This document shows, piece after piece, positions 7,972 to 16,329 of a stretch of DNA of 64,000 bases. The position numbers were made by a program, and so were the translations under genes. The notes beneath the pieces were generated by a model. It saw only the letters and a program-made list of their open reading frames with translations, was not told the origin of the DNA and made no database searches. Source of the DNA: an uncultured Chloroflexia bacterium (GTDB lineage: Bacteria; Chloroflexota; Anaerolineae; B4-G1; SLSP01); contig CAVVUS010000018.1 in assembly GCA_963751345.1 (NCBI GenBank), forward strand, positions 224,001 through 288,000, written 5' to 3'. Numbering within the stretch: position 1 is the first letter of the stretch; each line of letters begins with the position of its first letter.

Positions 7972-9438
7972 ATGATTGATCTTAGTGTAGATCCAAAAGG
8001 ATTGGAGCATGCCGTCGTCCGCGCTCGTGAGCGCAATATCGTGATTCCGACCTTCGCTCAGCAGAAGGACCCCTCGCTGATTCCGCCGTCCATAAAGCGT
8101 GAGCTTCGCGAGATTGGGCTATGGGACATTACCCCACGGAATCTCTTTCGCATCACCTGGAAGAATGAGCCGGTTCCCGCGGGGGGTGGGTTCGGCGGTG
8201 TGAATTACGTGGAGCTGCCACGGGCGCTAACCGGCGTTGACGCGCGGATCATCGCCCTTGTCGGCAAATGGTTCCCTACCGGTGCACACAAGGTTGGGGC
8301 GGCCTTTGGCTGCCTGGTGCCGCGGCTGGTTACAGGGCAGTTCGACCCGACGTGGCAGAAGTCAGTCTGGCCTTCGACCGGGAACTATTGTCGGGGGGGT
8401 GCCTATGATGCGGCGCTGCTGGCCTGTGACTCCGTCGCGATTCTGCCGGAGGGTATGAGTCGGGAGCGTTTCGAGTGGCTGGCAAAGGTTTCCGGCGAGG
8501 TCATTGCCACGCCCGGCAGCGAGTCAAACGTCAAGGAGATTTTCGACAAGTGCCACGAGCTCAAGCGTGAGCGCGGCGATGAGGTCTTCATCTTCAACCA
8601 GTTCGAGGAGTTCGGCAATTACCTCTGGCACTACGAGGTGACCGGGCACGCCATGGAGGAGGTGTTGGCGCGCGAGTTAGCCGCTGGTGACCGTTTCGCC
8701 GGCATCGTCTCCAACACCGGTTCCGGGGGCACCATCGCATGCGGCGATTACCTGAAGCAGCGCTTCCCTGCGTCCAAGGTTGTAGCCAGCGAGGCCCTTC
8801 AGTGTCCGACGCTCCTGCGCAACGGCTTTGGTGCCCACCGCATCGAGGGGATCGGTGACAAGCACGTGCCGTGGATCCATAATGTACGCAATACCGATAT
8901 GGTGACGGCGATCGACGATCAGGCGACGATCGATCTCATCAGGCTGTTCAACGAGCCGCAGGGCCACGAGTATCTCCGCAGCCGTGGTGTGCCCGCGGAC
9001 CTCATCGCCAACCTGAGCCTGATGGGGATCTCGAGCGTGGCTAACGTCCTCAGCGCGATCAAGTTCGCCAAGTGGTTCGAGTTGACGGCTAACGATGTCG
9101 TACTCACGGTGTGGACCGACTCGATGGAGCTCTACGAGAGCCGCCTGCGGGAGCTGCGCGAAGCTCACGGCGAGTATACCGGCCTGGACGCCGCTGCTGA
9201 CTACGAACGTTACCTGCTCGGCGCGGATACGGGCGATATGATGGAGTTCAGCTATCCCGATCGAAAGCGCGTTCACAACCTCAAGTACTACACGTGGGTC
9301 GAGCAGCAGGGCAAGACCTACGATGAGATACAGTCACAGTGGTACGATGCGGCCTATTGGGAGGGATTCCAGAACCAGGTGGAAGCCATCGACGAGCTGA
9401 TTGTGGAGTTCAATGGGCGAACGGGTCTGGTGAAGTAG
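7972..9438 (+). CDS. Long fold-type-II PLP-dependent enzyme (cysteine synthase / TrpB superfamily), function unknown
   Basis: FPTGAHKVG (PLP lysine), PSTGNYCRGG, NQFEEFGN, TGSGGT, HRIEGIG. Confidence 0.85.
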   Translation: MIDLSVDPKGLEHAVVRARERNIVIPTFAQQKDPSLIPPSIKRELREIGLWDITPRNLFRITWKNEPVPAGGGFGGVNYVELPRALTGVDARIIALVGKWFPTGAHKVGAAFGCLVPRLVTGQFDPTWQKSVWPSTGNYCRGGAYDAALLACDSVAILPEGMSRERFEWLAKVSGEVIATPGSESNVKEIFDKCHELKRERGDEVFIFNQFEEFGNYLWHYEVTGHAMEEVLARELAAGDRFAGIVSNTGSGGTIACGDYLKQRFPASKVVASEALQCPTLLRNGFGAHRIEGIGDKHVPWIHNVRNTDMVTAIDDQATIDLIRLFNEPQGHEYLRSRGVPADLIANLSLMGISSVANVLSAIKFAKWFELTANDVVLTVWTDSMELYESRLRELREAHGEYTGLDAAADYERYLLGADTGDMMEFSYPDRKRVHNLKYYTWVEQQGKTYDEIQSQWYDAAYWEGFQNQVEAIDELIVEFNGRTGLVK

Positions 9439-9451
9439 GTGGACTCTCCTT

Positions 9452-9487
9452 ACCTTCCGGGAAGGTTCCGGCCTTCCCGGAAGGTTT
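9452..9487. repeat. Inverted REP-like doublet; may also act as a terminator or mRNA stabiliser
   Basis: ACCTTCCGGGAAGGTT...GCCTTCCCGGAAGGTTT directly after the PLP-enzyme stop codon. Confidence 0.65.
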
Positions 9488-9552
9488 CGCGTCCTAAGGC
9501 GAAAGCTCTGTCGCTGATTTGCGCGAACACTTTACACGGTATACTAGCTGGT

Positions 9553-9592
9553 AGCGTTCGAGCGTCTCGGCGTTCGAACGTTCAAACGTCTT
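9553..9592. repeat. Five degenerate 8-bp tandem repeats (CGT core)
   Basis: AGCGTTCG AGCGTCTC GGCGTTCG AACGTTCA AACGTCTT. Confidence 0.65.
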
Positions 9593-9610
9593 TTGCGTCA
9601 AGGTGAGGGT

Positions 9611-10547
9611 ATGGAGCCACGTATATCCGTCGTCGCGCCCGTGTACAATGAAGAGGCGCTGATTCGCGAGTTCCACCAGCGGATGTCTATCGTCATGGAG
9701 CGATTGGGCGAGCCATGGGAATTGATTCTGGTAGACGATGGTAGCCGCGACCAGACGCCGGAACTGCTCGACGCTATCTACGCCGATGACCCGGAACACG
9801 TGGTGGTCGTGCACTTCGCTCGCAATTTCGGCCATCAACTGGCGATCACGGCCGGTATGGACTATGCGCGCGGCGCGGCTGTCATCACCATCGACTCCGA
9901 CCTCCAGGATCCGCCCGAGGTGATACCGGACCTGGTCAAACGCTGGCAGGAGGGCTACGAGGTCGTCTATGCCGTCCGGGCGGAGCGTGAGGGTGAGACG
10001 TGGTTCAAGCTATTCACGGCTGATCTCTTCTACCGGCTGATCCAACGTCTAACCAGTGTGAAAATACCCGATGGAGGCCGGTGATTTTCGTCTCCTGGAC
10101 CGCAAGGCGTTGGCTTATCTTAGGTCGATGCGGGAGCACGATCGCTTCGTGCGCGCGATGACGTCGTGGGTAGGATTCCGCCAGGTTGGCGTGCCCTATC
10201 GCCGGCAGGCGCGGAAGGCCGGCACGACCAAGTATACGCTGCGGAAGATGGTTCGTCTGGCGGTGGATGCCGTCACCGGTTTTTCCGTTGTGCCCCTCAA
10301 GTTCGCCCTTTGGTCCGGCGCAGCAGCCGTACTCGGCGGCCTGGTCTTGGCGTTGGTGTTGACGATCATTCGGTTAGGTGGAGAGGTCCCGCTTGCCGGC
10401 CAAGGGCTGACGGCCAGCTTGGTTCTCTTCGTTGGAGGCGCGCAACTGCTGACGATTGGCGTCCTCGGGGAGTATGTAGGACGGATCTACGATGAGGTGC
10501 GGCAGCGCCCGCTCTACACGGTCCGCGAAGTCAAGCGTAAGGATTGA
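9611..10547 (+). CDS. GT2 glycosyltransferase, GtrB/DPM1-like (frameshift near 10070)
   Basis: VVAPVYNEE, VDDGSRD, RNFGHQLA, IDSDLQDPPE; the second ORF continues with GDFRLLDR, two TM helices and LGEYVGRIYDEV.RP.Y. Confidence 0.9.
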
Positions 10548-10561
10548 GCGAGGACTGAACA

Positions 10562-12013
10562 ATGAAGCTTTGGGATGTCTACTATACGGCCACCTCTCTG
10601 GACGACGCCGTAAGTCTGTTGGCTGAGTATCGAGACAGGGCGCGCATCATGGCTGGGGGGACCGATCTCATTGTTGAGATTGAGAACGGTGCCCGCACGC
10701 CGGAAGCTATGATCGATGTCACGCGGGTGGGGGGGCTGGATGCCATTCACCTGGAGGATGATGGCCTGCTTCACCTTGGCGCTATGGTAACCCACGCGCA
10801 GGTGGCAGCCTCGCCGCTTATTCAGGAGAAGGCGCTCCCGTTGGCGCAGGCGTGTTGGTGGATCGGGGCCCCGGCGCTTCGGAATCGCGGCACGGTGGTG
10901 GGCAATATCGTCACGGCCTCCCCTGCCAATGACACCATCACTGCGCTGCGCGCGCTGGACGCGAGCGTCGCCTTGCGCAGCACCCGTGGAGAACGAGTTG
11001 TCAAGGTGGCCGATTTCTATCAGGGCGTGCGAAGGACCGTGATGGAACCCGATGAGATGGTAGTCGACATCTCGTTCCAGCCACTTGGCGAGCGACAGCA
11101 AGGGGTCTATCTGAAGATTGGGCTTCGCCGCGTCCTGGCAATTGCCGTGACCAATGTGACAGTCGTGGTGGGGCTTGGTGAAGACGACATTGTCGCCGAC
11201 GCGCGAGTTGCCCTGGGTAGCGTCGCGCCCACTATTGTACGGGCCCCGGCTGCTGAAGCTGCGCTCTTGGGCGGAGCGCTGACGGACGCGCGGATTGCCG
11301 CGGCTGCAGAGCTGGCAGTTGAAGCTGCCCGGCCCATCGATGATGTGCGAGGATCGGCCTGGTACCGGAGTGAGGAAGTACATGCCCTGGTTCGTCGCGC
11401 TCTGGAGACGCTTCGTAGCGGCGATCTGCGGCTTGGGTTGCCGCGCCCGGAGGAGATGGTCAAGCTGTGGGGAAAGACCCGTCGCTGGCCGCGCCTTAGC
11501 GGCCCAACGATTGCTCACCATACCGGTGGTGATGAGCCCATCCAGGCCGTCGTCAATGGGGAAAACGTGATGGTGGAGGGGGCAAACGGCAAGACCTTGC
11601 TCCGTATGCTCCGGGAGGACCTCGGACTGACCGGGTCCAAAGCCGGGTGTGAGGAGGGCGAGTGCGGCGCGTGCACCGTCTGGTTGGATGGGATCGCTAC
11701 GCTGGCGTGCATGACCCCCGCACCCCGTGCCCACGGAGCGCGCATCCGGACTATCGAGGGGCTCTCAGAAGAAGGGTCTATGCATCCGGTGCAGCAGGCG
11801 TTTGTCGACGAAGATGCGGTCCAGTGCGGGTACTGCACGCCTGGCTTCGTCATGAGCGCGGCCAAGCTTCTGGAGGAGGCCCCACACCCAACCCGAGATC
11901 AGATCAAGACCGCCCTCAGTGGGAATCTGTGCCGCTGCACGGGGTATTACAAGATCATCTCCGCCGTGGAGAAGGCAGCCGGCGCGTTGTCGGACTCGGC
12001 ACGAATACAATGA
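10562..12013 (+). CDS. Xanthine-dehydrogenase-family FAD subunit fused to a 2x[2Fe-2S] subunit
   Basis: AGGTDL and RNRGTVVGN FAD motifs; GCEEGECGACTV, QCGYCTPG and NLCRCTGY Fe-S motifs. Confidence 0.92.
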   Translation: MKLWDVYYTATSLDDAVSLLAEYRDRARIMAGGTDLIVEIENGARTPEAMIDVTRVGGLDAIHLEDDGLLHLGAMVTHAQVAASPLIQEKALPLAQACWWIGAPALRNRGTVVGNIVTASPANDTITALRALDASVALRSTRGERVVKVADFYQGVRRTVMEPDEMVVDISFQPLGERQQGVYLKIGLRRVLAIAVTNVTVVVGLGEDDIVADARVALGSVAPTIVRAPAAEAALLGGALTDARIAAAAELAVEAARPIDDVRGSAWYRSEEVHALVRRALETLRSGDLRLGLPRPEEMVKLWGKTRRWPRLSGPTIAHHTGGDEPIQAVVNGENVMVEGANGKTLLRMLREDLGLTGSKAGCEEGECGACTVWLDGIATLACMTPAPRAHGARIRTIEGLSEEGSMHPVQQAFVDEDAVQCGYCTPGFVMSAAKLLEEAPHPTRDQIKTALSGNLCRCTGYYKIISAVEKAAGALSDSARIQ

Positions 12014-13839
12014 AGCGCACCGTTCCGGAGAGGGAGGCCGCCGAGGTCACCCTCTATATGCGGACTTATTACTCACTGTTGCGCACGACGGACGCGGTCC
12101 AGATCCGCACGCTGGAGGAGACCCACTCGGCGATGTCGCCGTCGCTCCACCCCCACGCCGGCTCGATGGATCCCGACATGTCGGCGCTCATCTACACGAG
12201 TCTGCGCCTCTCCCGGTTCATCTTCGACGTGCGGCAGGTGGTGTTGGGGCAGAGCGAGGAGGTCTTCCGCCGGCGTGGATATCCCGATGTAGAGTCTTGG
12301 GAAGTCGCAGTTGCGCCCGCACGCCGGCGCCGTATGTTCTACGATGGCGACGAGACCCTGGCCGTCTATATCGCCAGCATCTCCGACATCGACGACATCG
12401 TTCCGATGTTGACGGCGTTCCAGATCGAGTGGAACAAGATGCACACGCTCATCGGCATGCAGGCGGGTATGACAGAAGACCTGCAATCGTGTGCTGCCAC
12501 CCATTCGTGGGGGAGCCGGATCTGCACGGAGATCCGAACCGTCCTTCGCCTGTCCGAAGACGATTGGGGGCGGTTGGAGACCGTTTGGGGGGACGATCTG
12601 CCCGATCTGCTGGCCCACATTGCAGAAGAGCGCAAGAGGATGTCCGTCACGTTGCTGGCAGGATCCTACGTCGAGTACCATCGCGCCACGCAGAAGTGGT
12701 GGGACCGGGTGAGGGACCTTGCTCAGGGCGCCAACCTTGCGAAGGTTTCCGAACCCTTGGCCCGCAGTGCTTCTGGGCAGGCTTCGCAAGGTTCACAGGA
12801 CAGGCAAGGTTCGAATGCTCCGGCCTCTCTCGATCTCTCGGAGCGTCCCATCTACTTTGTCTCCAGCAACACGCACAGTCTCGTCAATATGGTGACCTGC
12901 TTTGCGCAGCGCCACGAGGCGCGCCTGATGGACTACGTCGCGTCGAAGGTGGATCTGGAGCTCGTCGAGGAGGCCGAGAGGATTCAGCAGCACCAGGTCC
13001 CGAGCAACTGGTCGAACTTCCTCTACTACGTTCTCAAGAAGTATCTTCAGACGGAGGAGGGGCAGGATCTGCTGGAGGTGCGCGATGCTTTCGAGGCCGA
13101 ACGAGGTGTGACGCGCATCCCGAGCCAGCACACCTTCGATCTTGAGGTGCAGCTCATCGATCTTTCGAAGTTGGATCGAGCCTATCTGGACACGCGCCTT
13201 GTCGATAGCCTGTCACTTGCACGGCTCAAAGCCACCAACGCGCTCATCCTCAATATCGACTACCCGCTGGGCTTTGCTGCCTATCATCTCTTGTCCCGTA
13301 TTGCGGTCAACGTTGGGGAGCTCCGCGGAGCCTATGTGATCGGTAAGGCGGCGACGCTGAACGGCCGTATCGGCGATGTGTTGATCCCCAACGTCGTCTA
13401 CGATGAGCATTCCCTCAATACCTATCTGTTCAACAACGTCTTCACGGCGCAGCACGTCGCCCCGTTCCTGGTCTACGGTGACGTTCTGGACAATCAACGT
13501 GCCATCGCCGTGCACGGCACGTTTCTCCAGAACCGATCTTACATGGAGTCGTTTCTGCGGCTCGGCTATACGGATGTTGAGATGGAGTCGGGCCCCTATC
13601 TGTCGGCCCTCTACGAGTTCATCCGGCCCAGGCGCTATCCCGAGGACGAATTGGTCAACCTCTACCCGGTGCCCTTCGAGATCGGCATACTGCACTACGC
13701 GTCCGATACGCCGATGAGCAAAGGGCGCAACCTTGGGACCCATAATCTCTCGTACTACGGCATGGATCCGACCTACGCGACGACCGTGGCCGTGTTGCGG
13801 CGGATTCTATCGCTGGAAACCAGAACGTTGGCACGTTGA
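12010..13839 (+). CDS. Conserved hypothetical protein (DUF6909-like, from recall) with C-terminal nucleoside-phosphorylase-like motifs
   Basis: ATGA overlap with the upstream gene; starts MKRTVPEREAAEVTLYMRTYYSLLR; motifs IGKAATLNGRIGDVLIP, DVEMESG and YASD. Confidence 0.75.
   Translation: MKRTVPEREAAEVTLYMRTYYSLLRTTDAVQIRTLEETHSAMSPSLHPHAGSMDPDMSALIYTSLRLSRFIFDVRQVVLGQSEEVFRRRGYPDVESWEVAVAPARRRRMFYDGDETLAVYIASISDIDDIVPMLTAFQIEWNKMHTLIGMQAGMTEDLQSCAATHSWGSRICTEIRTVLRLSEDDWGRLETVWGDDLPDLLAHIAEERKRMSVTLLAGSYVEYHRATQKWWDRVRDLAQGANLAKVSEPLARSASGQASQGSQDRQGSNAPASLDLSERPIYFVSSNTHSLVNMVTCFAQRHEARLMDYVASKVDLELVEEAERIQQHQVPSNWSNFLYYVLKKYLQTEEGQDLLEVRDAFEAERGVTRIPSQHTFDLEVQLIDLSKLDRAYLDTRLVDSLSLARLKATNALILNIDYPLGFAAYHLLSRIAVNVGELRGAYVIGKAATLNGRIGDVLIPNVVYDEHSLNTYLFNNVFTAQHVAPFLVYGDVLDNQRAIAVHGTFLQNRSYMESFLRLGYTDVEMESGPYLSALYEFIRPRRYPEDELVNLYPVPFEIGILHYASDTPMSKGRNLGTHNLSYYGMDPTYATTVAVLRRILSLETRTLAR
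12731..12813. repeat. Composite REP-like element inserted in frame in the CDS
   Basis: AACCTTGCGAAGGTT 12733-12747, CTTCGCAAGGTT 12782-12793, GCAAGGTTCG 12804-12813; encodes a low-complexity linker ANLAKVSEPLARSASGQASQGSQDRQGS. Confidence 0.6.
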
Positions 13840-13891
13840 CACGTTGGCCCGTTTTCACGTTCAAACGTCTGAACGTGAAAATGTGTCAACG
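13824..13891. repeat. Eight degenerate 8-bp tandem repeats (ACGT core)
   Basis: AACGTTGG CACGTTGA CACGTTGG CCCGTTTT CACGTTCA AACGTCTG AACGTGAA AATGTGTC; supplies the TGA stop at 13837-13839. Confidence 0.7.
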
Positions 13892-13912
13892 CGCATCACG
13901 CACAAAGGATTA

Positions 13913-16259
13913 ATGGCTATGAGCGAAAGCAAGCTTGCGGGAGGAAGATACGTCGGCAGGGCGTTGCCGCGGTTTGAGGCGCCGGACAAAGTGACGGGCG
14001 ACGCACTCTACCCCGGCGACATCGAAATGGACGGTATGCTGACGATGAAGCTGCTCTTCGCAGGACGCCCCCACGCACGCGTCGTGCGCGTCGATACGTC
14101 AGAGGCAGAGGCACTGCCCGGAGTGGTTGCCGTCTTCACTTCCGCTGATGTGCCGGTCAACGAGTATGGCCTGCAGTACCCCGACCAACCGGTCCTCTGT
14201 GGCCCGCCGGGACAGTGGACGAAACTTGAGAAGGCCGGGACCGACGTCGTGCGCTTTGTTGGGGACCAGGTTGCCGCCGTGGTTGCCGAGGATGAGGACG
14301 TGGCGGAACATGCACTGGACTTGATTCGGGTGACCTATGAAGATCTGCCGCCGGTCACCGATCCCCGCGAAGCGCTTAAGTCTGGTGCGCCGGTGCTGCA
14401 TCCTGCCTATCCCGGCATCTCCATCCACCCGGAGTTGGTCTTTGAGGGTAACCTCGTCTCGCGCCACACGATCCTGCGTGGGGATGTCGAATCGGCGTTG
14501 CTGGAAGCCGATGTGGTCGTGGAATCCACGTACGAGGTGCCGGGGCAGGAGCACGCTTACCTGCAGCCGGAGGCGGGTCTGGCGTACGTCGATGATGAGG
14601 GCCGGCTCACGGTGGTGGTCGCGGGCCAATGGGCTCACGAGGATCGCGCGCAGATCGCACACGCCCTGGATTTGCCCGAGGACGGAATCCGCGTGATTTA
14701 CCCCGCGATTGGCGGGGCCTTCGGCGGACGAGAGGATATGTCCGTGCAGATCGTGTTGGCGCTGGCGGTTCAACGCCTGGGGCGGCCGGTCACGATCACC
14801 TGGAGCCGCGAGGAATCTATAGTCGGCCATCACAAGCGGCATAGCCTCTTTGCCCGCGCGCGTTGGGCTGCGACACGCGACGGGAAGACTGCTCGCGGCC
14901 GACTGTGAGGTGGTGGCGGACGCGGGGGCCTACGTCTATACCACCAACAAAGTGATGGGCAACGTCTTGCTGTCGATCAACGGCCCTTACCGCATCCCCA
15001 ACGTTCGCACGAGCGTGCTGGCGGCCTACACCAACAATGTGCCGGGTGGCGCATTTCGGGGTTTTGGGGCGCCGCAGGGCAATTTCGTCGCCGAATCGCA
15101 GATGAACAAATTGGCAGAAGCTCTGGACATAGATCCTGTGATGCTGCGCCTGCAGAACCTCGTCGCCGACGGTGAGCCGATGCCGTGGGGTAAACCTCTG
15201 ACCGACGACGCTCGTGGTCTTCGTCAGAGCCTGATCGCTGCGGCGGAAGCTGTGGGATGGCATCGAGCCGGAGATGCAGACCTCGGTGGAGCTGCCGCCG
15301 GTGAAGTTCGAGGCTCGGGAGAGGAAAGCGAGATCTGGATTGCCCCGGAGTTGGGCGTGCGACGTGGGGACCCTCCCTATCTTCGGCGTGGGTTGGGGAT
15401 CGCGCTGGCCTTTAAGAACGTGGGGTTCTCGTTTGGGTATCAGGATAATGCCTGGGCGGGTGTCGAGCTGTACGGAAAAGCCGAGATCGAGCGGGTGATT
15501 GCCTATGCTGCGAGTGCTGACGTGGGACAGGGAGCCAGGACGGTTGTCCGGCAGATGTTCGCTGAGGCCCTCGACGTCGATATCGACTTAGTCGAGCTTC
15601 GCCCGGTGGATACGACCTTGACCGGCAGCTCGGGCTCCTCCTCGGCCTCGCGCATGACCTTTATGATCGGCAATGCGATCCGCGGCGCGGCTGAGGGAGC
15701 GCTCAACAAATGGCGCGACGAGGAGCGCCCCGCCAAGGCAGAGTACACCTACCTCTCGCCCAAGACGACGCAGATCGATGCGGAGACGGGCTACGGACAT
15801 CCGAATTTCTCCTATGGCTATGCCGCCATTGCCGCTGAGGTCGCGGTCGACCTGCAGACGGGCGCCTGCATCTATCCGCGGATCGTGTGTGCTAACGATG
15901 TGGGTCGGGCGATCAATCCCAGACTCGTCGAGGGACAGGTGGAAGGCGGCGTCGTTCAGGCGCTCGGTTGGGCCACGACGGAGCATTTCGTGCAGCGTGA
16001 TGGGATACCGCTCTCCCGGTCGTTCAGCACCTACCTTATGCCCACGATCGAGGACATTCCCGAGCAGGTCAGGTCGATTCTCATCCAGAACCCGGAGGTG
16101 CACGGGCCGTGGGGGGCCCGCGGCATGGGGGAGATGCCCTTCATCGCCGTGGCCTCGGCGCTCCACCATGCACTGCGGCAAGCCACCGGTGTCTGGTATA
16201 ATGCCTTCCCGTTCAACTCTGAACGAATTCTTCGGGGGCTCAGTGGGACTCGCTCCTAG
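13913..16259 (+). CDS. Xanthine-dehydrogenase-family molybdopterin-binding subunit (frameshift near 14887)
   Basis: DKVTGDALY, QEHAYLQPE, IGGAFGGRE, GAFRGFGAPQ, DVGQGA, GQVEGG, GARGMGEMP. Confidence 0.92.
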
Positions 16260-16273
16260 GTAGGGGGAAGCAA

Positions 16274-16329
16274 TGCTGGATGGCGAATGCTGGATACCGG
16301 ATTTCGGAAGCCGGATGGTAGATTGAAGA
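16274..16329. repeat. Eight degenerate 7-bp tandem repeats (TGCTGGA-like)
   Basis: TGCTGGA TGGCGAA TGCTGGA TACCGGA TTTCGGA AGCCGGA TGGTAGA TTGAAGA. Confidence 0.65.

Noticed and set aside
13824-13891. Short-repeat arrays as CRISPR
   Set aside because: The period is 7-8 bp, there are no unique spacers, and no cas genes are present.
14880-14910. TGA at 14906-14908 in the xdh Mo subunit as selenocysteine
   Set aside because: The TGA is in the shifted frame after an extra A (GGGAAGACTG). The protein continues in another frame, not by read-through.
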